Assembly: GCA_036311625.1 (NCBI GenBank)
Contig: JAXJPN010000085.1
Coordinates: forward strand, 1,710-65,709
Source of the DNA: Faecalimonas sp.
GTDB taxonomy: Bacteria; Bacillota; Clostridia; Lachnospirales; Lachnospiraceae
Direction of reading: 5' to 3'
DNA: 64,000 nucleotides
The translations under genes and the position numbers were made by a program. The first letter of the stretch is position 1, and every line of letters begins with the position of its first letter. Positions 37,454 to 47,083 of this stretch are shown in pieces. The notes under the pieces are model-generated. The model had not been told where the DNA came from. It made no database searches and saw nothing but the letters and a program-made list of their open reading frames with translations.

Positions 37454-38162
37454 ATTTTTGAATATATTTTCGGAATTCCGCTGAAGAACGGTTCAATACC
37501 AATTCTTTTGGGAAACGCGTCTCTTTTAACATCTCGGCAGCGTACTTGAATTGCCCGACGTTCTTCTTTCCATGACTGTCACTGGAAAGGACAATGGGGT
37601 GACGGTAGCGCTTGCAAAGCTCCAAAATCGTTCTGACATTCTCGCGTACATCTCCGCGATAGCCTTCGGGGCTGAGGGAACAGTTATTGATTTCGAATAC
37701 AACGCCATAGTGTCTGGCGGCAATCAGCAAGGCTTCATAATCAACAGGATATCGGGTGTCCTCGCAGTGACCGATTATCTTTACCTGCGGGTGTGCCATC
37801 GCATTCACATAGGCAAAGGTATTCTCTTCCACAGAACCGGGCCGGATAGTTGGAAGATGCATACTGATGATTGCATAATCCAAAGTCTCTAAAATCTCAT
37901 CCTCTAGGTCGACACCTCCGGCATAGTCCAAAATGTTTAATTCCACACCATATAGGATGTCAATACCGCAACGCTTTCTCGGCGCATATTTCAAATTGCG
38001 GAAATAAGAACTGCGACCCGCATGCGGGGTGGCAGGCCCGTGATCTGTAAGGCCAATCATATTCAGCTGTCTTGCCTTTGCCTGCTTTGCCAAGTCTGTA
38101 ATGGTATCGGTCGTTCCGTGTCCGCTTGCGATGCAATGCAGATGCGGGTCAAACTCATACAT
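37452..38162 (-). CDS. PHP-domain phosphatase (YcdX-like)
   Basis: DPHLHCIASGH, TDHG, GVELN, SSDSH. Confidence 0.88.
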   Translation of the reverse strand: MYEFDPHLHCIASGHGTTDTITDLAKQAKARQLNMIGLTDHGPATPHAGRSSYFRNLKYAPRKRCGIDILYGVELNILDYAGGVDLEDEILETLDYAIISMHLPTIRPGSVEENTFAYVNAMAHPQVKIIGHCEDTRYPVDYEALLIAARHYGVVFEINNCSLSPEGYRGDVRENVRTILELCKRYRHPIVLSSDSHGKKNVGQFKYAAEMLKETRFPKELVLNRSSAEFRKYIQK

Positions 38163-38242
38163 AAAAGGCCTCCTTTCCGCGCACATTTTTATACAATTTT
38201 ATTATGCAGAAAGTTCTTTGAAAAGTCAACACCCATTTTTGA

Positions 38243-38375
38243 GAAAAACAACAAAAAACCAAACAAAAAACCACACAAAAACACACACATCCAAAAACAA
38301 AAAATGAAAAACCAATAAAAAACAACAAAAAAACGCGTTTCGGGTATTGCTTTTCTATAGTGACTGTTATATAAT
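38243..38375 (+). promoter_or_regulatory. Phased A/C-rich tract and sigma-A promoter of the BMC locus
   Basis: Repeated AAAAACAA/AAAAACCA units over 38243-38334; TTGCTT(38347)-N17-TATAAT(38370). Confidence 0.6.
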
Positions 38376-38418
38376 GATTCCATAGCTAGGCTTGGATTGC
38401 CGGATAGGAGGGTGAGAG

Positions 38419-38796
38419 ATGGATATTCAGGATGTTTTATCAAATGAAGGCAAAGTTCGCATTATCCAAGAGCTGGTTCCTGGAAAAGAGATTACAATTG
38501 CGCATCTGATTGCGAACCCGGATGTGGATTTGTATGTAAAGCTGGGATTGAATCCAAAGATAGATTACTCCAAATCAGCGATTGGCCTGATGACCATCAG
38601 TCCGGCTGAGACCGCCGTAATTGCAGCTGATATTGCAATGAAGGCAGCGGGAGTTGAGATTGGGTTTGTAGACCGGTTTAGCGGTACCTTGATTGTAACC
38701 GGGACCATTTCAGAGACAGAGGCCGCAATAAAGGCAGTGTTAGAATATGTAGAGTCAAAGATGGGCTTTAAGGTTTGCCAGATCACAAGGACATAA
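38419..38796 (+). CDS. pduU: BMC shell protein, PduU/EutS type
   Basis: RIIQELVPGKEITIAHLIANP, DRFSG. Confidence 0.9.
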   Translation: MDIQDVLSNEGKVRIIQELVPGKEITIAHLIANPDVDLYVKLGLNPKIDYSKSAIGLMTISPAETAVIAADIAMKAAGVEIGFVDRFSGTLIVTGTISETEAAIKAVLEYVESKMGFKVCQITRT

Positions 38797-38800
38797 TAAT

Positions 38801-39262
38801 ATGAAGAAAATCGTATTGATGGGTCGGAGTGAGGCCGGCAAGACAACTTTGACACAGGCCTTGAAGGGACAGAAGATTGAATATCACAAGACACAGTATG
38901 TGAATCATTTCGATGTGATTATCGACACTCCCGGAGAGTATGCACAGACCAAAGGACTTGGACATGCATTAGCCTTATATACATATGAAGCGGACGTTGT
39001 AGGGCTTTTGGTTTCTGCGACGGAGCCGTATTGTTTGTTTCCACCATGTTGCACCGTGATGGCGAACCGTGAAGTGATTGGAATTGTCACGAAGGTGGAT
39101 GTGGAAGGCGGCGATATCAGACAAGCTGAACGTTGGCTTAGACTTGCGGGATGCGAGAAAATCTTTTTTGTGAACTCCAAGAATAGCGAAGGAGTTCCTG
39201 AGATATTGGAATACCTCCGAGAAGAAGGCGATGTGATGCCTTGGGAAGAGGAAAACCAATAA
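38801..39262 (+). CDS. pduV: EutP/PduV GTP-binding protein
   Basis: GRSEAGKTTL, YHKTQ, IDTPGEY. Confidence 0.9.
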   Translation: MKKIVLMGRSEAGKTTLTQALKGQKIEYHKTQYVNHFDVIIDTPGEYAQTKGLGHALALYTYEADVVGLLVSATEPYCLFPPCCTVMANREVIGIVTKVDVEGGDIRQAERWLRLAGCEKIFFVNSKNSEGVPEILEYLREEGDVMPWEEENQ

Positions 39263-39381
39263 AAACAACATCTATTTGTATTGACACTTGTGAGATTGGG
39301 TGTTAATATGGCAATAGAAACAACAAAAAACAACAAAAAAAGGCAAAAAGAGATGCCAAGATGCAAGGAGGAAAAAAGTAA

Positions 39382-40191
39382 ATGCAAAAACTCAATGAAT
39401 TTGAAATCAAAAAAATGATGTGTGACATCGGAAGACGCGTTTACAACAGAGGTATGGTTGCTGCGAATGATGGTAACTTTTCTGTAAAGTTGAACGACAA
39501 TGAATTCTTATGTACACCGACTGGTGTTAGTAAAGGATTTATGACACCGGAATATATTTGTAAAGTAGATGCGAAAGGGAATGTAATTCAGGCAAATCCT
39601 GGATTTAAGCCTTCTTCAGAGATTAAGATGCACATGCGTGTATATGAGAAGAGACCGGATGTAGGTGCAGTTGTTCACGCTCACCCAAGTTATGCGACAT
39701 CATTTGCGATTGCCGGTATTCCGCTTACACAGCCAATTATGCCGGAAGCAGTTATCGCACTTGGATGTGTTCCGATTGCGAAGTACGGTACACCTTCTAC
39801 AATGGAGATTCCGGATGCAGTTGAAGAATATTTGCCATACTTTGACCAGGTACTTTTGGAGAGTCACGGTGCACTCACATGGGGTCCGGACCTTATGAAC
39901 GCTTACCACAAGATGGAGTCTGTTGAGTTCTACGCAGAGTTGTTGTACAAGTCTAGACAGCTTGGCGGACCGAAGGAATTTGACAAAGACCAGGTTGCAA
40001 GACTTTATGAGATTAGAAGACAGATGGGTATTCCGGGCAAGCATCCGGCAAACCTTTGCCCGAATGCAAAAGCTGGTAAGGAAAGCTGCCATAGCTGTGG
40101 CGGTTCTTGCTCATGCGGTGGCGGAGACAAGGCAGATGCACAGTTAGTTTCTGAGATTACAAAGAAAGTAATGGCACAGTTAGGATTATAA
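39382..40191 (+). CDS. Class II aldolase (fuculose/rhamnulose-1-phosphate aldolase-like) with C-terminal encapsulation peptide
   Basis: AANDGN, TPTG, PSSEIKMH, VVHAHP, LESHG; C-terminal LVSEITKKVMAQL. Confidence 0.88.
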   Translation: MQKLNEFEIKKMMCDIGRRVYNRGMVAANDGNFSVKLNDNEFLCTPTGVSKGFMTPEYICKVDAKGNVIQANPGFKPSSEIKMHMRVYEKRPDVGAVVHAHPSYATSFAIAGIPLTQPIMPEAVIALGCVPIAKYGTPSTMEIPDAVEEYLPYFDQVLLESHGALTWGPDLMNAYHKMESVEFYAELLYKSRQLGGPKEFDKDQVARLYEIRRQMGIPGKHPANLCPNAKAGKESCHSCGGSCSCGGGDKADAQLVSEITKKVMAQLGL

Positions 40192-40194
40192 TCT

Positions 40195-40710
40195 ATGAAT
40201 GAGCAGATGATTTCAAAAGCAGTTGAGGAGGTCATCCGCCAGATGACATCTGAACATGCAGAGAAGAATCATGTATGCAAATGCAAAAAGCATAAGATGT
40301 CACTTGCGTTAGCGAAATCCTTGATTGAGAGAGTAGAACAAAAGGCAAAAGAGATTGGCTTGGTTGCAGTGATTGCAGTTTCTGACCAGGCCGGAAGAGT
40401 GACAGCCGTTCATTGTATGGATGGTGCGTACATCGCAAGCTATGATATTGCGGTGAATAAGACCTTCACTTCCGCATCGCTGAAGATGTCTACGGCAGAG
40501 CTTGCAAAGCTCGCACAGCCGGGTGCTGACTTGTATGGGATTCAGTTTACCAACGACGGAAAGATTGTGATTTTTGGCGGCGGGGAGCCATTGGAGGTAG
40601 AAGGAAAGATAATCGGAGCTATAGGAGTAAGTGGTGGAACTGCGGAGCAGGACACGATGCTTGCTGTTTATGGTAAAGAGATATTAAAGGAGGTAATTTC
40701 GTGTCTGTAA
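40195..40710 (+). CDS. GlcG/HbpS (PduO C-terminal) haem-binding protein
   Basis: IAVNKTFT, FGGGEPL, IGAIGVSGG...D. Confidence 0.85.
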   Translation: MNEQMISKAVEEVIRQMTSEHAEKNHVCKCKKHKMSLALAKSLIERVEQKAKEIGLVAVIAVSDQAGRVTAVHCMDGAYIASYDIAVNKTFTSASLKMSTAELAKLAQPGADLYGIQFTNDGKIVIFGGGEPLEVEGKIIGAIGVSGGTAEQDTMLAVYGKEILKEVISCL

Positions 40711-42089
40711 ATGAACAAATGGTTCAAGACATCGTGAAAGAAGTGATGGCAAAGATGCAGCTGCAATCCGATGCCACAGCGAACAGAGGTGTGTTTGCTG
40801 ATATGAAGGAAGCGATTGAAGCGGCAAAGAAAGCGCAGAAATACATACACAGAATGTCGATGGACCAAAGAGAACAAATCATCTCCAACATTCGTAAAAA
40901 GACTCGTGAGAACGCAGAGGTCTTTGCACGTATGGGTGTTGAAGAGACCGGAATGGGTAACGTTCCGCATAAGATTTTAAAACATCAGTTGGTGGCAGAG
41001 AAGACTCCGGGTACGGAGGATATCACCACAACTGCTTGGTCGGGAGACAGAGGTTTGACTCTGATTGAGATGGGACCGTTCGGAGTAATCGGAGCGATTA
41101 CACCGTGTACGAACCCAAGTGAGACCATTATTTGTAACACAATCGGTATGCTGGCAGGAGGAAATACAGTCGTATTTAATCCGCATCCGGCAGCGATTAA
41201 GACATCACAGTATGCAATCAATATGTTGAACGAGGCTTCTTTGGAAGTCGGCGGACCGGATAACATCGCATGTACCGTGATGAAGCCAACGATGGACAGC
41301 AGCAAGATTATGATGTCACACCCTGACATTCAGTTGATTGCAGCAACAGGAGGTCCTGGTGTGGTAACCGCAGTTTTATCATCAGGAAGAAGAGGAATCG
41401 GAGCCGGAGCCGGCAATCCGCCTGCACTGGTTGATGAGACAGCAGATATCCGTAAAGCAGCAGAGGATATCGTAAATGGATGTACCTTTGATAATAATCT
41501 TCCATGTATTGCAGAGAAAGAGATTGTAGCAGTTGATTCTGTGGTTTCTGAGTTGATGCACTATATGGTAGAGGAACAAGGATGTTATCTTGCTTCGAAG
41601 GAAGAAGTGGACAAATTAGTGAACACTGTGCTGACTCCAAAGGGACTGAACAGAAAGTGCGTAGGCCGCAGCGCGAAGGACTTACTTGCGATGATTGGAG
41701 TTACCGTACCGGACAACATCCGTTGTATTACCTTCGAGGGCGAGAAAGAACATCCGTTGATAGCAGAAGAGTTGATGATGCCTATCTTAGGTGTGGTTCG
41801 TGCGAAGGATTTCGAGGATGCAGTCGAGAAGGCAGTATGGCTTGAACATGGCAATCGCCATTCAGCGCATATTCACTCAAAGAATGTTGACAATATCACA
41901 AGATATGCAAAGGCAATTGACACCGCAATTCTTGTAAAGAATGCGCCGTCTTACGCAGCACTTGGTTTCGGTGGGGAAGGCTTCTGTACCTTCACAATCG
42001 CAAGCCGTACCGGCGAGGGACTTACAAGCGCAAGCACCTTTACAAAGAGAAGACGTTGCGTAATGTCTGACAGCCTGTGCATTCGCTAA
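40701..42089 (+). CDS. pduP: CoA-acylating aldehyde dehydrogenase (PduP/EutE)
   Basis: PCTNPSET, GAGAGNPP, FDNNLPCIAEKE, N-terminal encapsulation peptide. Confidence 0.93.
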   Translation: MSVNEQMVQDIVKEVMAKMQLQSDATANRGVFADMKEAIEAAKKAQKYIHRMSMDQREQIISNIRKKTRENAEVFARMGVEETGMGNVPHKILKHQLVAEKTPGTEDITTTAWSGDRGLTLIEMGPFGVIGAITPCTNPSETIICNTIGMLAGGNTVVFNPHPAAIKTSQYAINMLNEASLEVGGPDNIACTVMKPTMDSSKIMMSHPDIQLIAATGGPGVVTAVLSSGRRGIGAGAGNPPALVDETADIRKAAEDIVNGCTFDNNLPCIAEKEIVAVDSVVSELMHYMVEEQGCYLASKEEVDKLVNTVLTPKGLNRKCVGRSAKDLLAMIGVTVPDNIRCITFEGEKEHPLIAEELMMPILGVVRAKDFEDAVEKAVWLEHGNRHSAHIHSKNVDNITRYAKAIDTAILVKNAPSYAALGFGGEGFCTFTIASRTGEGLTSASTFTKRRRCVMSDSLCIR

Positions 42090-42103
42090 AGGAGGGAAAG
42101 GCT

Positions 42104-43315
42104 ATGGATATGAATCAAGTAAATGTAGAAGCGATTGTGAAGCAAGTGCTGGAAGGCATGATGGAGAAGCAGGCGGCTCCTACAACAAATAAGACAGCAG
42201 GCGGCGCAATCCCGAAGACTTCGAGAGTTGCAATGCTTACCGCGCTGGAACATTACGATATCAAGGAGTATCCGATTCCGGAACTTGGCGATGATGATAT
42301 CTTAGTAAAGGTAGAAGGCTGCGGTGTGTGCGGTACTGACGCACACGAATTTAAGAGAGACCCATTCGGTTTGATTCCGGTTGTTCTCGGACATGAAGGA
42401 ACCGGTGAGATCGTAAAGATGGGTAAGAATGTAAAGAAGGATAGTGCCGGAAAACCATTGAACATCGGTGACAAGGTTGTTACCTGTATGATTTTCAAGG
42501 ATGATCCGAACATTACGATGTTTGACTTGAACAAGCAGAATGTTGGTGACGGTGCTGACGTATACGGATTGCTTCCGGACGATGATATTCACTTGAACGG
42601 TTGGTTCGCAGATTACATCGTAATTCGCGGCGGTTCTACCGTATTTAACGTAAGTGATTTGGATTTGGATTCACGTATTTTGATTGAACCATGTGCAGTG
42701 CTCATTCACGCAGTGGAAAGAGCAAAGACGACAGGAATCTTAAGATTCAACAGCAGAGTAGTTGTACAGGGATGTGGACCGATTGGACTTATCTGTATCG
42801 CAATTCTCCGCACGATGGGTATTGAGAATATCGTGGCAGTAGACGGCGAGCAGAAGAGACTTGACTTTGCAAAAGAGATGGGTGCAACAAAATCTGTGAA
42901 CTTCAAAGACCATAAGGGAATTGAAGCACTTTCCGGAGCTGTAGAGGATGCATTTGGCGGACATTTAGCAGACTTTGCATTCCAGTGTACAGGTTCCCCA
43001 GTTGCACATGCGAATATTTACAAGTTCATCCGCAAGGGCGGCGGACTTTGTGAATTGGGATTCTTCATCAATGGTGGAGATGCAACCATCAATCCGCACT
43101 TTGATATTTGTTCGAAGGAAATCACAACCGTTGGTTCTTGGGTATATACTTTAAGAGATTATGCAACGACCTTTGATTTCTTAAAGAGAGCAAAAGGAAT
43201 CGGACTTCCGATGGCGAAGCTGATTACACACAGATTCCCGTTGTCACAGATTAACGAAGCTCACGTGACAAACCTCAAGATGGAAGGTTTGAAGATTGCG
43301 GTTATCAATGAATAA
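42104..43315 (+). CDS. Zn-dependent alcohol dehydrogenase (BMC-associated)
   Basis: CGVCGTD, LGHEGTG, QGCGPIG; N-terminal encapsulation peptide. Confidence 0.88.
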   Translation: MDMNQVNVEAIVKQVLEGMMEKQAAPTTNKTAGGAIPKTSRVAMLTALEHYDIKEYPIPELGDDDILVKVEGCGVCGTDAHEFKRDPFGLIPVVLGHEGTGEIVKMGKNVKKDSAGKPLNIGDKVVTCMIFKDDPNITMFDLNKQNVGDGADVYGLLPDDDIHLNGWFADYIVIRGGSTVFNVSDLDLDSRILIEPCAVLIHAVERAKTTGILRFNSRVVVQGCGPIGLICIAILRTMGIENIVAVDGEQKRLDFAKEMGATKSVNFKDHKGIEALSGAVEDAFGGHLADFAFQCTGSPVAHANIYKFIRKGGGLCELGFFINGGDATINPHFDICSKEITTVGSWVYTLRDYATTFDFLKRAKGIGLPMAKLITHRFPLSQINEAHVTNLKMEGLKIAVINE

Positions 43316-43333
43316 CAGTAAGTGAGGTGGCTT

Positions 43334-43651
43334 ATGGGAGAAGCAGTCGGCATTGTAGAATTGTACGGTTTGGTTGCAGCATTCGCTGCGGCAGACGCCG
43401 GATGCAAGGCGGCGAACGTAACCTTAGAGAATTTTGACAAGAACAAGCCAGCGAACGCCGATGCATTACCGGTTCCGCTGATTGTGGCAGTCAAGTTTCG
43501 AGGCAGCGTCACAGACGTGGAGGCAGCGGTCGAAGCGGCGGTGCAAAAAGCGAACGAGGTTTCAGGGGTAATTACAACTTACATAATCCCGAGACCGGAT
43601 GCAGACACTGAGAAGATGTTAAAAATCAGTGGCATGGACAAAACAAGGTAA
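43334..43651 (+). CDS. BMC-H shell protein (divergent)
   Basis: AVGIVELYG...AADAGCKAANV...IIPRP. Confidence 0.85.
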   Translation: MGEAVGIVELYGLVAAFAAADAGCKAANVTLENFDKNKPANADALPVPLIVAVKFRGSVTDVEAAVEAAVQKANEVSGVITTYIIPRPDADTEKMLKISGMDKTR

Positions 43652-43695
43652 CAAATAAAAAATAATATAAAAACTAATTTTAGGAGGATTTTAAA

Positions 43696-43971
43696 ATGGT
43701 ACAGCAGGCATTAGGAATGGTAGAAACAAGAGGACTTACAGCAGCAATCGAGGCAGCTGATGCAATGACAAAGGCAGCTGAGGTTGTATTAGTAGGAACA
43801 GAGAAGATCGGTTCTGGACTTGTAACAGTTATGGTACGTGGAGACGTAGGAGCTGTTAAGGCTGCAGTAGAGGCTGGCGCAGAGCAGGCTTCAAGACTTG
43901 GTGAATTGGTGGCTACACATGTAATTCCAAGACCACACAACGACGTTGAGAAGATTCTTCCGACTATCTAA
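43696..43971 (+). CDS. BMC-H shell protein (PduA/EutM type)
   Basis: [30 protein letters not shown]. Confidence 0.95.
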   Translation: MVQQALGMVETRGLTAAIEAADAMTKAAEVVLVGTEKIGSGLVTVMVRGDVGAVKAAVEAGAEQASRLGELVATHVIPRPHNDVEKILPTI

Positions 43972-43988
43972 TAAAAGGAGTTCATTTC

Positions 43989-44273
43989 ATGGGAACATCA
44001 TACGGGTTTATTGAGATTCCGAGTACGACGGCAGCGATTGATGCGCTCGACATTATGTGTAAGGCCGCAGATGTTGAATTTGTCACATGGGAGAAAAAGC
44101 TTGGTGGCAGACTTGTGACAATCATTGTGCAAGGTACGATATCTGCAGTTACGGCCGCAGTTGAGGCAGCGTCGGAGCAGGCGATAAAAGAGCCCGTTGC
44201 AAAGACGGTGATCGCCAATCCCCATGAGGAGATTGTAAGAATCATAAATCAAAGCGCGAGCCGATTAAAGTAG
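43989..44273 (+). CDS. BMC-H shell protein
   Basis: YGFIE, DIMCKAADV, VIANPH. Confidence 0.88.
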   Translation: MGTSYGFIEIPSTTAAIDALDIMCKAADVEFVTWEKKLGGRLVTIIVQGTISAVTAAVEAASEQAIKEPVAKTVIANPHEEIVRIINQSASRLK

Positions 44274-44285
44274 GAGGCAAAGAGC

Positions 44286-44717
44286 ATGGCTGAAGAGAAG
44301 AAGACGGCAGCAAAGCCTGAGACAAAGACGGCGTCGAAGACGACAGCGAAGGCGCCTACAAAAGCAGTACAAAGAGTAAAAACACAAACAACACAAACAA
44401 CAAAACAAACACAAACAACAAAAAAGGAGGATTTTAAAATGGTACAGCAGGCATTAGGAATGGTGGAAACAAGAGGTTTGGTAGCAGCAATCGAGGCAGC
44501 AGATGCAATGTTAAAGTCAGCAAACGTTGTATTGGTAGGAACAGAGAAGATTGGTTCAGGCCTTGTATCTGTTATGGTACGTGGAGACGTTGGAGCTGTT
44601 AAGTCAGCAGTTGAGGCTGGTGCAGCAAACGCTTCAAGACTTGGTGAGTTAGTAGCTACACACGTAATCCCAAGACCACACAACGATGTTGAGAAGATTC
44701 TTCCACAGGTAAAATAA
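44286..44717 (+). CDS. BMC-H shell protein (PduA/J type) with 51-aa low-complexity N-extension and internal start at 44439
   Basis: Core nearly identical to 43696-43971; RBS before both 44286 and 44439. Confidence 0.9.
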   Translation: MAEEKKTAAKPETKTASKTTAKAPTKAVQRVKTQTTQTTKQTQTTKKEDFKMVQQALGMVETRGLVAAIEAADAMLKSANVVLVGTEKIGSGLVSVMVRGDVGAVKSAVEAGAANASRLGELVATHVIPRPHNDVEKILPQVK

Positions 44718-44727
44718 TTGCATAGTT

Positions 44728-44756
44728 AGTCAGGGATAACAAGATTATCCCTGACT
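44728..44756 (+). terminator. Intra-operon stem-loop after the shell genes
   Basis: AGTCAGGGATAA/TTATCCCTGACT perfect stem without U tail. Confidence 0.55.
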
Positions 44757-44781
44757 GCCTAAGAAAAAGGCGGGTTCAAAT

Positions 44782-45426
44782 ATGGAAAATAACAATATTG
44801 AATTGATTACAAGACTTGTGATGGAAGCGATGGATAAGAAAGAGCAGTCACAGGGTGGTTACGTGGTGCCGATTGGTGTGTCTGCAAGACATATCCATTT
44901 GACACAGGAACACGTAGAGATTCTGTTTGGTGAGGGATACCAGTTGACGAAGAAGAAAGAGTTGATGGGCGGCCAGTTCGCATCGAATGAGTTGGTAACC
45001 ATCGTGGGATTAAAGCTTCGTGCAATTGAGAATGTCCGTGTGCTTGGACCGGTAAGAAGCAAATCACAGGTCGAAATTTCAGCTACAGATGCAATCAAGT
45101 TGGGCGTAAAGGCACCAATTCGACCATCTGGTGATATCAAAGGTTCTGCAGCGATTGCAGTCGTAGGACCGAAGGGCGTAATCTACTTGAACGAGGGTTG
45201 TATTATTGCCAAGAGACATATTCATATGGCACCGAAGGATGCGATGGCAGCCGGTGTGAAGGATGGAGATGTCGTATCTGTAAAAGCAGATAATGAGAGA
45301 GGTACTGTGTTTAATCACGTGCAGATTCGTGTGGACGACAGCTTTACGTTAGAGATGCATATCGATACAGATGAGGCGAACGCAGCGAAGATTGCAACAG
45401 GACAGACAGTGACCATTATTAAGTAA
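44782..45426 (+). CDS. pduL: Phosphate propanoyltransferase
   Basis: VSARHIHL, AKRHIHM, MHIDTDEANA. Confidence 0.95.
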   Translation: MENNNIELITRLVMEAMDKKEQSQGGYVVPIGVSARHIHLTQEHVEILFGEGYQLTKKKELMGGQFASNELVTIVGLKLRAIENVRVLGPVRSKSQVEISATDAIKLGVKAPIRPSGDIKGSAAIAVVGPKGVIYLNEGCIIAKRHIHMAPKDAMAAGVKDGDVVSVKADNERGTVFNHVQIRVDDSFTLEMHIDTDEANAAKIATGQTVTIIK

Positions 45427-45465
45427 GTAACAGAAGAAATTTATATCAGATCGCAGGAGGAAATT

Positions 45466-45732
45466 ATGCTCGCAGGGAAAGTCATAGGTAGCGTTGTTTC
45501 TACAAGAAAAAGTGAAAAGTTAATAGGAAATAAATTTATGATTGTTGAAATCGTAGACCGCATGGGAGCAAAAGGACAGCAATTGATTGCGATTGATAAT
45601 ATTGGCGCAGGAATCAATGAGTATGTTCTTGTAGCCCAAGGAAGTGCTGCTCGTATCGGGTGTGACATGCAAGACGCACCCGTAGATGCAGCGATTGTGG
45701 GAATTATTGACGACGGAAGCAAACTGGAGTAG
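45466..45732 (+). CDS. eutN: BMC-P vertex protein (EutN/PduN)
   Basis: GKVIGSVVST.K, IAID.IGAG, GSAAR, DAAIVGIID. Confidence 0.93.
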   Translation: MLAGKVIGSVVSTRKSEKLIGNKFMIVEIVDRMGAKGQQLIAIDNIGAGINEYVLVAQGSAARIGCDMQDAPVDAAIVGIIDDGSKLE

Positions 45733-45735
45733 TGA

Positions 45736-47067
45736 ATGTTTATGGAAATGAAAGAATTAAGCAGTATATTGCAACAGAATGGAATTGTCGGTGCAGGTGG
45801 CGCAGGTTTTCCAACTTATGCAAAATTAAATGAGAATGCTGAAACAATCATTTTAAACTGTGCTGAGTGTGAGCCACTACTGAGATTACATAGACAATTA
45901 TTAGAAAAATATGCCCGTGAGATTGTATCGACCTTTCATATGATGGGGCAGGCAATGGGCTCGAAAGATATCGTAATCGGTATTAAAAAGGCATATAAGG
46001 CTGCAATTGAAGCCTTGAACGAATGTATTGGAGACTATGAGGGCGTAAGACTTGGACTGTTGGATGAGGTGTATCCGGCAGGTGATGAGGTAGTTCTGAT
46101 TTATGAAGTGACCGGAAAAGTGGTTGCTCCAGGCGGACTTCCGATTCAAAGCGGCGTAGCCGTGTTCAATGTTGAGACCGTATATAATGTATATCGCGCA
46201 ATCAAAAAGGAGACGCCGGTAGTAGACAAACTGGTATCTGTGGTTGCAGAAGTGAATCATCCGGTAACTGTGAGAGTGCCGATTGGTACCAGCCTGGCTG
46301 AAGTAGTGCAGATGGCAGGTGGAACTACGGTGAAGAATCCGGTCTATTTTGTGGGTGGACCAATGATGGGATTTATCGGAACAGGCGCACAGCCGGTGAC
46401 GAAGACAACCAATGCAATTTTGGTCTTGCCGGAGAATCATTTGATTGTTACAAAGAAGAGAAGTAAGGCTTCGATTGACTTGAAGAGAGCGGCAGCGTCT
46501 TGTTGCCAGTGTACGATGTGTACGGATTTGTGTCCGCGTAATCGTCTGGGTCATCCGATTGTGCCGCATTTGTTTATGCGTGCAGCTACGTGTAAGGATA
46601 TTCAGAATCCAGATATCTTTGTTAATACGATGTTCTGTTCTTCTTGTGGACTCTGCGAGATGTATTCTTGTATGCAAGGATTATCTCCAAGATCCCTTAT
46701 GGCAGAGTACAAAGCCGGTCTCCGCGCAAACGGCATCAAGCCACCACAGGGGGTGGTACCAAAGCCGGTTGGACCGGAACGGGAATATCGCAAGGTTCCG
46801 ATGGAAAGATTGATGGCGCGGCTTGACCTGACAAAGTACAACAAAGAAGCACCGTTAAATGATGAGGTGGCAGACGTAAAGCGTGTTCGTATTTTGCTTA
46901 GCCAGCATATCGGCGCACCTGCAACAGCAGTTGTCAAGGCGGGAGATACCGTAGAAGTAGGACAGATGATTGCAGAGCCGGGCAAAGGTCTCAGCGTTGC
47001 AATTCATGCATCAATCGGCGGTAAAGTAACGGAAGTTACTGACAAATATATGATCATCGAGAAGTAG
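45736..47067 (+). CDS. pduS: PduS-like flavin/4Fe-4S oxidoreductase
   Basis: GAGGAGFPT, AECEPLL, GGPMMG, CCQCTMCTDLCP, CSSCGLC. Confidence 0.88.
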   Translation: MFMEMKELSSILQQNGIVGAGGAGFPTYAKLNENAETIILNCAECEPLLRLHRQLLEKYAREIVSTFHMMGQAMGSKDIVIGIKKAYKAAIEALNECIGDYEGVRLGLLDEVYPAGDEVVLIYEVTGKVVAPGGLPIQSGVAVFNVETVYNVYRAIKKETPVVDKLVSVVAEVNHPVTVRVPIGTSLAEVVQMAGGTTVKNPVYFVGGPMMGFIGTGAQPVTKTTNAILVLPENHLIVTKKRSKASIDLKRAAASCCQCTMCTDLCPRNRLGHPIVPHLFMRAATCKDIQNPDIFVNTMFCSSCGLCEMYSCMQGLSPRSLMAEYKAGLRANGIKPPQGVVPKPVGPEREYRKVPMERLMARLDLTKYNKEAPLNDEVADVKRVRILLSQHIGAPATAVVKAGDTVEVGQMIAEPGKGLSVAIHASIGGKVTEVTDKYMIIEK

Positions 47068-47083
47068 GAAGGACGGACAATAT

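Noticed and set aside
43696..44717. Near-identical BMC-H genes as a mobile repeat or assembly error
   Set aside because: The copies differ at many synonymous and some non-synonymous sites, and paralogous PduA/J-type genes are normal in BMC loci.
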